Shown: positions 52,800 through 64,000 of the stretch, in pieces | Layout: each line of letters begins with the position of its first letter | How positions within the stretch are numbered: the first letter of the stretch is position 1 | Source: Raillietiella orientalis | Lineage: Eukaryota | Direction of reading: 5' to 3' | NCBI GenBank assembly: GCA_036172245.1 | Contig: JAYWIR010000014.1 | Location: forward strand, 4,092,001 to 4,156,000 | DNA: 64,000 nucleotides | Position numbers and translations under genes: made by a program | The notes under the pieces: model-generated | Database searches by the model: none | What the model was told of the DNA's origin: nothing | The model's input: the letters and a program-made list of their open reading frames with translations, nothing else

Positions 52800-55700
52800 A
52801 ACATTCTCGTAACAAAAATACCTGAATGTGCAGACCCTCATCGGAAATCGATCTTCCCAGCATTCTCAATCCAGTAGTCTCATAGCTGTTTCCGAGTTTT
52901 CCCTCTGTTATCTGGCTAGCAACGGGGCTTTCCTCCTTGAGCGCACTCGGATTGAGAAATTCTTCACCGGAATACCATTTAGAGAGAGAATCCAGCCGGG
53001 GTCCTCAGATCAAAATCGGTTTCATCTCGGGGGGCGTTTGCTAATTGGAAGAAAGAGGGGAGCGAAGTGATGGCGTCTCTCGCGGCAAGTACTGTAGTAG
53101 CCTGGCTCGAAAATGGTCGTCTTCGCCAGAGGGGGGGGGGGGGGAGAAGCTTCACCGGTCTGCGTTTCAGGTCTAGCTGACCACGAGGGGCACGCGTTGC
53201 CGCTTCAAATACACCGAATGCCTTCAAGCGCTCAGTTGCCTCACGATGGAAACGGCAGTCCTTCAGGAACTTCTACAGGAACTTCTCTCGTGTTCGGAGG
53301 GCAAGCCCAAACAAACGGGAGACCCCTGCACGGCCTCAGGCTGCAGCGCGCAGAGCCGCATCGGAGGTTCCGACGGGGAGTTGCTTTGCTCATCTTCTGT
53401 GAGAGTCTGGGGAAAATCCAAAGGGCGAGAGAACTTGACCACCAGGGTTCTCGGAAGTGGACTCCACATCGTTATAGCGGTAAGCAGAAAACAAGGGAGG
53501 AGTTGCCGAAATCACCAGCTTGGCCTTTTTACCGTATTGCACCATCATCACAAGCACACTGCCTATTATGCTTGCCCAACACCCGGCTTCCATAGATGAT
53601 AATAATGGAAAAAAAAATTAGCTCTACTCCTGATGGGGGATGCTCCGGCTGCGAGTTGATTAGCCAGTCGGAGATTTACGGCAGAGCTGGATTCCCTCCG
53701 ACAAAGAGGAAATCCATCGCTCTCGATTCGTGCAGTCGCGTTCTTCCGGGGACGCGTGAACGTGGGTTCGTCCACGAGGACGTTGACCCAGAGGAAGGCG
53801 AAGGTTAGTACTTCGGTCCAGAGGATCACTGGAAAGATTGCGGCTGGGACGTCCAGGGGCAGGCAGACACCCGACCGGATGAAACCGGGAAAGCGTAGCA
53901 GTTGATCAGAGCGTGGAGGCGCGGCTAGCGGCTCGGGAACTGACCCGAACGTGGGGACCACGCGGATCGCCTTCGTCGGAAGCACCAGAAGCACCGCGTT
54001 TGCGAGGGTGATAGATTCAGTTTTCTCACTCGGTGTTCTTTCCGTCGTCCGCCATATGCCAGCAGGACGACCTCGCATTGCACCAATTCTCACGAAGAGC
54101 TCCGGGAAGCTGCACGCGATCGAGAAGGAAGCTCCGTTTTTAAAATATCCAAGCGAGACAAGTGGACGCAGTCCCGTGAGAGTCCCTTTTTTTCCGTTTC
54201 TGCCAAGGGCATGCCGCATTTTTCCTTTCGCCAGGAATCGATGGGGATGCCATCTCCCGACTGGGTCCTCTCTGCCACCACGGACGGACGGACAGGACGC
54301 ACTGCCCATCGCGGGGTGCTCTTCGGTCTACGAGAGCCGCTGGTTTCACGGATCCGCACATAGAGCGATGCAGACCTTTCCTCCTCTGCCCCGAGTTTGC
54401 TGCTTGCATATACCATCGATTCTCCAGACGATACGCTCCCTCTGCGATGAAGAAGCTGCGTGAATTCTCGATGATGCGCCATCCTCAGATCTGTCAGTGG
54501 TCTCCCGTGTGCCCCCAGAACGCATTCTCTCGCTGCAGAAAAAATCGCCGAATGACCCTGGTGCAATCGGAATGCAGCAGGAACGTTTGGCATCCCGGCG
54601 GCAGAGTACTTGGGCCGTGGGCCTCACACCCGCTCCCTACGACGGGCTTTCCCAGAAGGCAGACCGAGACTGTTTGGAGCTTTGCCTACCTTTCCCTTTG
54701 TCTACTCCCACGAACTTGGTGTCCCTTTCTTGTGCCTAAACACTTCCGTGTTCCCGCTGAAATGGAAGCAGGACATCCTGCTGTTTCTGCATTGGGGCTT
54801 CCAGTATGCAACCAGCGGAGAATTTCCGGAGGGTGTCGTGTCCCGAACTGTCTGAAATGCAGGGAGATTGAATCGTTCCCGTCCCTCTTGCTGGACTGCA
54901 GTGCCCTCCAGGAACTTCGGCGGAGGCTGAAGTCAGCAATCCTGCATACTGAAGACTCTGCGGCAGAATTGCTGCAGCGATTCTTCGCTAGAGATAGAGC
55001 CACGAGAGACTCCGTGATAGCGACGACGTGTTGCGTCCGTGCCATCGTTACGGCCCGCCATTTGCTGGAGTCTCGGTGGTTGCGAACGGAGGCCGCCATC
55101 GCAGTCTGCCAGGTGGTCTTAACTAGGAGAGGAAGTGAAGAAGGAAATCGCCGATATCCTGTGCCGCTTCTGAAAGGAAGGAACGGCGACCATAGACCTG
55201 CCGTCCTTTTTTATGCAATTGTTTGCCGCCCACTCCCTCCCGTTCCGGACTTTCCCCGGTGTTTCATGAAGGAACGGAAAAAGCCAGAGACCTTGCCCCT
55301 GGATCCTCCAGTGTATGTTTGCTTTTGTTTTTTTTGCCCCGATCCCCCAGCTCCGGACGTTCAGGAAACCGGTTCAGGAAACGTGTCGGTGAACCCTCCA
55401 CTTGAGCTTCCTCTGGACTTTTCTTTACAGGGAAATCGCCGTCTCGACGGTTACTTACCCGTCTCGTAGGTTTGCTTGTGGGATAAACGCCCCGGCGTCA
55501 CCGGGTGCAATCTGTCTGCTCCCTGCCAACGTGGTTTGCTCTCCTTGAGTGAGCAGGAACGGCATGTCTGCACCGTTACGAATTCAATGCGAGCGCGAAA
55601 CCGCACACGCACCGTAGGTGACATGAAAAGAATAAAGAGAACGGGCGAGGTGGTGGTTCCGTCCCAGAGATCCCAACAAGGAGGTACGTAGGGAGAAGGA

Positions 55701-56940
55701 GGGGGGGGGGAACTCCTTGAAAAAGGTTTGGATCCGCTATTACAAAGCGTCTGGAGTCATCCCACAGAATGGGGCAATTTGGGGCGGCGATCGCGGATGG
55801 AACAAACGGGCGGGCGGTGGCCCCAACTTAGAATTTCGGCGATGAAAGGGGGGGAGGGGGGAGGGGAAGAAAGATTCTTCCATGGAGCGTCTCATCCTGT
55901 TTGTAGATGAGCACGAGCACGAGTCCATTCCTGTATCCACAGAAACGCATGGTCTCGATATGGGGCTGATATATGTTTAATGGGCGCACATGCTCATCGC
56001 GCGTGTTACATATCGAATCGACACGTAAATGCACATTTGTAGCACGTCAGTATACATGTGCCTTCCTGCGGATCACCTCTATTTTCTAGTCTACGACACG
56101 AGAGGGAGTTTTCCTCCAGGGAAGGCTGGGCGTGTTCAGAGGCTGCACGAAAGGACGTCGTTGCGAAGGTGAGTCGGCTTCGCGAGAGTGGCCTGAAGAG
56201 ACCCAGGAGCCACCCGGTCCCAAGGAAAGTGAGTGGACGAGGTCGCGTGTGAGGTTTGGAAAGCAGTGAAAAAGGTCGTTTTCTCCGATCTCCCAGCCCG
56301 GGCAGAATTTGCAAGGGTCGCTCCGAAGGGTTCTGCTCAGGGGGATCTTCCTCGCGCAGGGTCGGTTCCAGCTCGAGGGATGCGAGAGGCAGGGGCCCAG
56401 CGAGGGGACTCGAAGTCGAAAAGCGGGACTGGAAAAAGTCCACGGACGGAACTTCCCCAGGGAGGTGGGTTCGATGTGGAATTCTTTTCCCGATCAGTGA
56501 GGTTCGCTTGCCCGAGGACTCCTTCGTCACAGAGACATGCAGACGCAGAAGGGAGGGAGGCCATTTGCAGCTGGCGCCTTGCGGCCTGTTCGTGGGATGT
56601 TGCCCGGGGAACGCGGACATCGACTGGATCGGTCGCTTTATGATAGGTCAGCTCACTCGCAGCGCCCGAATCAAAGAAAGACCACGTACTTCGTCGGACA
56701 GCATTCGATCCTGGAACACCTATTCAACGGCAAATGGCATCGGTTCGTAGACTAAGGATGCATTCGTTCATGAGCCTGCGGCTCACGTTCCACTCTGGGC
56801 GGCCCATCTCTTGCAAGGACGGCACTGGTCACCTGCGCGGGAGGTGGGAGGAATCACTAGGTGACGTTCCCCACGGATAGGCCATCATGCCCGGGATGTA
56901 GCGCGACCCAGAGCAAGAGAACCGTCAACCAGACCATCCA
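52800..56940 (-). mobile_element. older decayed Tx1/L1-like element G
   Basis: EN remnant (LSVGNV, SLQEM) at about 56800-56880; RT remnants RQIA, KGLSRDCVHLS, GCATATG(G)CGGACGAC (AYADD with +1) near 54050, FAFLW; RGLP near 53320. Boundaries approximate. Confidence 0.65.
54569..55503 (+). mobile_element. 5'-truncated LINE insert E, inside G
   Basis: TSD GGTGCAATC at 54560-54568 and 55504-55512; LHWGFQY, PNCLKCREIESFPSLLLDC, TCCVRAIV, PVPLLKGRNG; 3' UTR motif and terminal stem-loop. Confidence 0.88.
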
Positions 56941-56999
56941 AACTCCGTGACAAAGCCAGAGCGAAGGGAAGGTAGGCGTACTGGGTGTCGTTATGGATA

Positions 57000-57940
57000 C
57001 CCATCAATGGCGTCGAAAGAATAGCAGACAGAAAGAGATGAGCGCGTGCCGAGGACGGACCGCTCCCGCTTCGCCTCCGAGGGAGTGTCCACTGTCACAG
57101 AAGAGGTTGTAGGAGGATTCCTGAGGTCCTAAAAGTGACGAAGCGTCAAGGGAACTCCCAGGAAGCAAGAGGAGCGCCACAGAAAAAATGCGGCGTGTAC
57201 TCGAACGTGCAGCCTTCCCAGGGTGTCTACTGGAAAGGGTCACCACCTTCTGCAATGCAGAAAACTTCGAAATCAGGAGAGGGAAGCGTGGAAAATCATT
57301 GTTGATTTCATTGAGAGTGCTCTCAGCTACCATGAAAGACCGGGCATGATGTTCGGGATGTCGTCAAGAAGAGGAAAGGCAAAAGCAAATCAAGAATGAA
57401 AACGTTTTCTTAGAGAGCATCTACTTCGTCATTTCTCCCTCTCCAGCGGAGTGTTCCAGGGCCAGTGAACAACAGAGATGCTGTCCCTCGATCCAGAGAG
57501 CTGCTTTTTAGGAAAGAAAAAACTCTTTCAATAGAGATGATTCGACCAGCAAATTCTTCCGAGCAGTTTGCTGCATGAATTCTTAAGTAAACGGTGCAAA
57601 GAGAAGCTGTTAAGAAAACAAACGCAAATACGCAGCAGCTGCGGAATGATGGGAAAGTGGAATAGTGCCCACAGAAAGATAGAACAGAGAAAAGAGACGA
57701 ACGTATTGGTGCCCAAGGCTGAGGGAAGGCTTTGCTGTTATCAGCTATTCGCAAGCTTCAAGGAAGACGCAAGAAAGCCACTGTTAAGATCAATGATTGT
57801 AGAACTGACGAAAGCAATATGGGAGATATTGAAATTGCCATGGATAGCACAAGTATCAGAATTCACAACAACACACCCGGTCACAGCAAGGAAAATAGTG
57901 GAGATAGAGAGTACCGCAGCTATTAGCAAGTAAGAAAGCT
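57000..57940 (-). pseudogene. Methuselah-like (class B) GPCR remnant
   Basis: AVLSISTIFLAVTGCVVV...AIHG (TM1-LRNxHG-like), SLFSVLSF..YSTF (TM3-like), IFSVALLLLPG, LISFCLLFF; frameshifted. Confidence 0.4.
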
Positions 57941-58449
57941 ACATGTGGTGTTGAATGTGGATCATGAAAAAGCTATGGCTGCAAAACGCAGCAGTGATGT
58001 CTATTCTGACCACTATGGAGCTCGTGAGTGGATTGGAGAAGTTAATTTTCAGCATTCCATGAAAGCGTTGTCGACGTATCTTCAAACCAACAGCAGCTGT
58101 GCTCTCTGGTTTAGCTGCAGCAGCTAGCAGAGAAGCGAAACAGTGCTGAAATCATCCGTGTACTTTACAGCACCGATGACTGCAGGTTACCAGGACAGAG
58201 AGCAATTTTTAGAACATTTTTGCCTTCCCATGCGGAGGGAGCACAGAGGGGCCAAGGAGGATGAAGTCGCTGGGTACTTTCGTGTAGAACATCTTTTGAC
58301 GCTTTGAGAGATGCATTAAGTTTTCCGGAAGAAGACTCCAAGATTGAACACCCCAGTGAGGAGGCGGTGGCAAGAATGGGAAGCACTCCTTATCATTCGA
58401 GCTCTCGTCTAGAGTGTAGGTCAGCTGCGTTCCATTGGAGGCAGCTCAA

Positions 58450-60470
58450 CTAAATAGAAAGGTGAAACGAGAAACTGTCGATGACCTCAGACAAGCCAAA
58501 TTTTTCGTAAGAGAATGACGGGTGCAAGCCTTCCGTTCGTTCTCCGATGAGAACGTTCATAAACGGGAACCTGTTCTCACATTTGGAGATCAACTCGTAC
58601 CTCCGGGTAGAAGGAAAGCTAAGGGAACATGAGGGAAAATGGAAAGCGCTCTTTTAGCCTGGAGCACGATTTTGCATCTCAAAGCATGAATTTCTCCAGG
58701 ACAAACACATCAGGAGCGTCGGAAACGGAACATCTGCCCTCACCAAATGCGATGATGACTCTCGAAAAGGACGTTTCTCAGAGCGAAAATGATGCAGGAA
58801 ACTCTCATTTGAAAGGGTTCGGATGCTCGGAAATGGCTGCTGCTGAGTTCCCAAAGCCCTTCGTTCCCGCCCACTTGCTGCGGCGGTCCGCAGAGACTGA
58901 GATTTTCCGGATCACCAGCACCCGTAGACCCAGTTCCTCGAGACAATGTACTGGAGTTCGCGCTGCGCCTCTTGTGAGAAGGTTATTATCCGGTCATGCC
59001 GGGACGTTCTTTAATAAAAATCAGGAACACGAAGGTCAGCACAGAACACAAACGAAGTTCAGGGAGAGGGTCCACCAACCCACAGGTCGGGATTCCTAAG
59101 TGTCCGGAACGGGAAGGAAGGGACGATCAAATAAACACGGGAACACGGAAGGGATGAGGCAAGAATCTTCCGTGTCGCTCCTTTTTAATGTAAAATCCGA
59201 AAAAGTTCCTGAGAGAAAGGGAGGGAAGATAAAAATAACAAAATAAACAAAGGGAGGGCGGGGACAACGGTCACTGGTGTCGGCCGTTCCTTCTCTTCAT
59301 GACTGGCGCTGGCTGCCGGATCTCTGCCTTCACTTCCACTTTCAGGTGAGGCCTCCTAGCAGCCGCCCTCATGTGAGCGACTGCCATGCGGGTGGCCTTC
59401 CGTCTCTGTGCTTGCGTCTGCAAGACATGGTGGACCGTAACGATGGCGCGCACGCAACATCTCGTCTCGATCCCTGCGTCAATCGAAGGTTCCCCGCGTG
59501 AGAAGAACCGCTGCAGCAGGTCACGGGCGATGTCCTCCTGTCTCGTAAGCACAGAAGTCGGCCTTTACCGCAGTGCATGGAGAGCGCGCCGCACTCCAAA
59601 ATCAGGTGCGGGGGAGGACTCCACCGACCCGCACCTGGTGCAGACTCTGAGATACAGCCACCCCGGAGACGAGGTGCCAGCGCTGATTGCATCAGATTCC
59701 CAATAAAGAAAGATCAGGACCTCATTTTTCCATTTAAGCGGGAACACCAACGTGTTCAGCATGAGAGAGGGATTCCTGGTTCGTCGGCGGACTCACTCAG
59801 CTGGCCCCACCGACGTAAGTCCACAGCCAGAGTATGAGGAGATGGTAGCATTCACCAATCCACGAGTCTTCCAGCCGCGAAGGAGTTTTGTCAAGGGCAC
59901 AGGAAAATTCCCAACTCGCCGGTTGAAAGTTTAGTCTCAGGGCTTGCCCTTGGAGCAGACAACACTGCAGCAAGAGCTGTGGCAACCATAGTAGACTACT
60001 TTGGCGAATCTTTCATCACCTCTTCCAACGGATGGGTGAGGAAGTGGCTCAGGGGGCAAAGTTGCTCTGAGCTCATTCTTGAGTTTGTAGACCAGAACGC
60101 AACAGACTCTTGCCTTTAGGCGTTAAAGTTCTTTGGGCGGCAGAAAACCCACGGATGGACTTTTAAAAGGGAGACGAGTTGTTTCAGGGGGAAGCCAAAT
60201 CCCTGCATCCTGTACTGGGAGTCCGGCAGCAACGAGAGTAGTTCTCTCCAGGAGTATCTCGGAAAGAGACGTGCTGGCGCACAAAAGGAGAAAATCTACA
60301 GTTTGGCACAGAGTGCCAGTATTCGGAACTGCATCCATGGTCCGATTGTAGGAAGTGGGGCAGCGGTAGAAGAAACGCTTCACAAGGGAAATCTACTACT
60401 AGCCTCTCAGTTGCACCATCCCATCCCCCATCGCTGGATGCTTCCAAACGATTTCGCACCTGCACAGGTC
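58450..60470 (-). pseudogene. ionotropic receptor (IR/iGluR-like) remnant interrupted by LINE F
   Basis: In order: DGGWDG, TVDFL, LPF, CLLQGQ, LLILWLWTYVG, [LINE F], LTRGAARTPVHCLEEL, KERF, EKFGL; follows the S1-M1-pore-M3-S2 layout. Confidence 0.45.
58985..59790 (-). mobile_element. 5'-truncated LINE copy F
   Basis: LNTLVFPLKWK...CTRCGSVESSP, LLQRFFSRG...CCVRAIV, PVMKRRNG; TTCCCGTTCCGGAC; terminal CCCGGCATGACCGG. No TSD resolved. Confidence 0.85.
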
Positions 60471-60959
60471 CACCCTCAATTCAAGTGACCAATACAAAGC
60501 AAAATCTCAGCGGGCGTGTAGCACGGTGCGCAGCTTGCGAAATCCGCGCAAAAATGCGTGGGCGGGCCGAAGCAGTGGTGAGGCAAAGAAATGCCGCCTC
60601 CTTGCATTCATGATTGCAGTAAGACACAGGAAATTTTTGGCGTCCCAACAGCCAGGAAGATTTTGCTAGCGTTCTCAGTCGGCACCCCACGAGAATAAAA
60701 GTGCAGGTTGTAATTTAGGGTAGGAAAAAATTTGCGAACGAAGAGGAGGGACAATGAGACATTCAGCAGGGAGAGTGTCTTTGAGGAAAACATTTCGTTT
60801 GCTTACACTGGAGAGGGAGGTGCACTTGTAAGTATTGGGAAGGCATGAGTGTCGGCACGCAAGCATCAGGAGAACAAGTGCGATAGGAGTAAACAGAAGC
60901 TCAGGAAAAGCTGATCAAATACATGGGAGAGAACTTGGATGAGGCGATCAAAAGAAGTG

Positions 60960-61700
60960 AATGCTTCAAGATGGATCGTGATTCTAAGGAGAACGCTGCG
61001 TAGTGAGAAGCGGCTGCCAGAGAGTGAACGGGCAGGTGACCTTTGCAGCATCCGTTTCTCTTGGAATGAAGCATTTTTTTTCGCAAGATATGGAATCAGA
61101 AGATGCCAGATGCATTCTGGTGACAGACAACTGGAACCATGAAACATGCTTCCGGTTGAAAATGAAAGATCTCTTGAGTCGCACACAGGATCGGGATTTG
61201 AGATTGAGGAGTGCAAGAATGATTTTCACAGGCTCATAATTAATTGCTGGAACGAGCACCGATGTCTGGAATGGCTCCACGGGTCCAGCATGAGCATTCA
61301 GAATGCGCAAGGTGCTCAGTTTTTTTCTGGATTTCCTGAGTCAGGGGAGAAAAGGACGTGTTCCTCAACGCCCATCCTAGTGGACCTAGATGAGCAAGCT
61401 CCCACAATGGGTGGATGGGTGGAAACGGTGCAGGAATACATTCCAATCCGAACAGGAAACACTAACTGTTTCCTGTTTGGCAACCTGTAGTTCATTCCTG
61501 TGAATTGCATGTGGATGACGGGACCCTTCGGGAGAAATCCGTTGTTGCCCGCGCATACTTCCTGCCTCCACTCGCCGGACTTTGAACATGTTGAGCTTTT
61601 ATTTCTTGGTGCCTCGAGAGTCATAGGAAAGGCCTTCTTCGGGTCATTTGAGGACTTCGTCTTGACGGCGCAATCCAATCAGTTTCGGGTGTCACTGCCC
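60960..61700 (+). mobile_element. pogo/Tigger-like (DDE_1) transposase remnant
   Basis: In order, across frameshifts: WIVILRR..RLPESERA, NHETCF (NxDETGF), IINCWN, SHNGWM (61400-61417), LLPAHTSCLHSPD (LPPHTTHxLQPLD). No TIRs located. Confidence 0.6.
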
Positions 61701-62599
61701 GCGCTCGCTTAGTGGCTTGCGTTGACTCGCAGCTCGCGTGGATCGCCCCCGGGATCGCCCATCTCGGTGGAAACTTCCTGAGGGGCATCTGGTACTAGCC
61801 TCGTTTCTCTCGGCTGCTCGCATCTTCTCTCAGACCCTTCCAAATGCTCCCAACAGTCTTTGTTTCTGTTGTTTTCGTATGCGGACGCATTGGACTAATT
61901 GAAAGAGGCCGGCAAAAGAGCGAAGCATCCTCAACCCATACTTCCAGGAAAGTGTCCGGCGACTTGGTTCCCCCCTTCCCCCCAGTCACAATGCAGGCCT
62001 CTGCGTTTCTTCCACATGGAAAGACAAAAGACAATGCGTCTCGCCCGCCCTTCTATCTACTCGGAAATTCAGCATCCATTCCGGTCGCAGTGATGAGCGT
62101 AACTAATCAGAAGATAGCAACCTTCCGGTAATCACCTTCGTGGAGTCATGATGACATGCGCACAATCCTCTTGAGCTCCGCAAAGAGTGCGGCAAGGTTT
62201 TTTCTTACCTCTCGGCTTTTAGGAGCCAAGTTTGATTGTGCTGCGTGCCCATAGGGGTGCTGGCTGTAGATGAATAACGACGCAGAGTACATGCTAAGCG
62301 TTCGTGCAGCGAGAGCAAACAGACCAACAAGCAGTCATGTAGAGTGCGTGTCATCCTTCTCATTCTGACGTGCAGGACCACAGATTCACATCGAAAAGAC
62401 CAAGAACATATAAGAATAACAAAGGTGGGTTTCCTCAACACCTCACAGCCTTAGCACTATCGACCTCGCGTTCCTGATCTTTTCAGCCAGTGGGCAACCT
62501 GGGCACCCGAGTTAGAACTTGACAGCAGAGTCTGATCTCCCTTATTCCATGCTGATGCGGCCTCACGAAGTCATCCGTGAAGAAGACCGCCGTCGAGGT

Positions 62600-63644
62600 C
62601 TCGAATCCTGGTGCCTCGAGTCTCATGCCACGACCTTCACATTTACACTCCGTCCCGAAAGCACAGGGAACAGGTGGACATCTCGCGTTCCGAACCTATG
62701 CCTTTCTGTTCCAGGTAGGGCTTCCAGCGGGACTCGTCGGCGGACGCGCGTTGCGAAAGGTCTCTGCGCCTGCCGAATCCACGGTCTCTTCCCATTGCAG
62801 GCTGGTTGGTGGAAATCATTTCTCTTCTGTCTTCACAGTTCTTCGACACGGTTCCACGCCACCCGAAGGTGGGATATTCTTCGATATGGAGGGTACTCCA
62901 GGAGGGGTCCGCGCTACGAATCCAGAAAGGGCCCGGAGTCCGTTCCTCTCACGCCTGGGGAGGAATCCCCGAAAATGGAGATCACCTCCACCCTGGTTGT
63001 CTCCCAAGGGAAATCCAGAAAAAAATCCTTCTTTCTTATTCTCTCCGGAAGACCCCCGGTGGTCTCCTCTCTATTCTTTCTTCTCTGAAGGGAACCCGGA
63101 AAGGATCCGATATTGGAATTTCTTCTCTGGAGGGATCCCCCGCAAGGGATTCGCTCCTGTTTACTCTGAAGAGAACCTCGAAGGGACTCTTCCGCAATTC
63201 AGAAGGACGCGCCTTCCCCGAAGGGATCGACTCGGGCTTCACTGCACTCTCTGGAGAGGTGGTGGCGACACACCTTCCCCGAAGGGATCGACTCGGGCTT
63301 CACTGCACTCTCTGGAGAGGTGGTGGCGACACACCTAGTTTATCAGTACGACGCGGAGGGTTCCCCCGGAATGGAGGGTCCGCTCCTTCACAACCAGAGG
63401 GAGCTTCCACTTCGTGATTCCTGGAAGGTCGACTCTCATTTGTCCCGGCTTTCATCGGGGGCATCCGGTTTGCAACGCTGCCAGTGCAGCACCCGGATGA
63501 ATTTAGGCCAACCAGTGTCATCTTGTGGAGTGAACTTGGGACCCACCACGCACTACGTCGATTCCTTCGGAGTATTCGAATCCACGACGCATGGTGGTGC
63601 CATGAGCGGAGACCACCGTAGCCACACGGCCTCCGACGCGAGCC
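62600..63644 (-). mobile_element. tRNA-derived SINE, copy 3
   Basis: Head GGCTCGCGTCGGAGGCCGTGTGG...GGATTCGAATAC (63572-63583); shares GGAGTCCGTTCCTCTCACG, CACCCTGGTTGTCTCC and GAAGGGAACCCGGAAAGGATCCG with copy 2, and ATCATTTCTCTTC with copy 1. Left boundary approximate. Confidence 0.75.
63212..63336. repeat. perfect 61-bp tandem duplication inside SINE copy 3
   Basis: 63212-63272 = 63273-63333, followed by CCT matching the unit start. Confidence 0.95.
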
Positions 63645-64000
63645 GAGCTTGCGGTCGTCTGGCGACCGAAAGCTCGGTCTAGATATTTCTGCTACAATCT
63701 GATGTTGGATGACACTTCAATTGTCCTCGGCTGGGATCGGAGGATTTGTAGATCTTTCATCCTTGAACCGCTGGCTGCGTCCTGGTGACCTCACGGGTGC
63801 TCACTGACGTCGTAACCCTCCTTGCAGGACATCTGAAGAACACGACTTTTACTCTCCTTGTTCTCCCGAGGCAGATCTGCATGCTCTCAGGGTCTTCTCT
63901 AAGCGATATATCGCGTCCAGAGTGATGACTCGATCTCTTCGTTGCAACAGGACTCACTGGAGGCACGGCTATGAATGAAAGGAGTGGAGAGCAGGGACAG

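Noticed and set aside
54447..55469. 340-aa ORF as a gene
   Set aside because: It runs from antisense host G through insert E into its 3' UTR; chimeric and only partly in the ORF2 frame.
62577..63338. 253-aa and overlapping ORFs (also 49418..49999)
   Set aside because: GC-rich SINE body open in several frames; no protein motifs.
1..64000. CRISPR array, prokaryotic defence system, phage or rRNA
   Set aside because: No regularly spaced repeats, operon-like ORF packing or rRNA motifs; spliceosomal introns, LINEs and SINEs show eukaryotic DNA.

Overview
Eukaryotic (animal, arthropod-like) genomic DNA; no prokaryotic operon, CRISPR array or rRNA was seen. I can support one intact gene: RASSF8 (N-terminal Ras-association family) on +, with 8 coding exons at 14129-18561, about 489 aa, and six introns of only 43-47 nt. 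It sits in an AT-rich, visibly CpG-poor island (about 11.9-19.7 kb). The rest is CpG-richer decayed sequence: Tx1/L1-like non-LTR retrotransposons, a long tRNA-derived SINE family (3 copies), pogo/hAT/Ty3 scraps, and heavily eroded remnants of multigene families (RING/TRIM, NACHT, LRR, ionotropic receptor, Methuselah-like GPCR, reelin-like). Three structures stand out. (1) A LINE nest at 40388-47521 and a second at about 52.8-56.9 kb, where all five resolvable LINE-into-LINE insertions, each bounded by a target-site duplication, are antisense to their host. (2) A conserved poly(A)-less 3' end (AATAAA followed by a CCCGG-N5-CCGGG stem-loop) in seven copies. (3) A 142-bp templated insertion exactly at a perfect 17-bp hairpin. 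All family assignments come from reading motifs by eye; no searches were run, and pseudogene calls and their boundaries are approximate.
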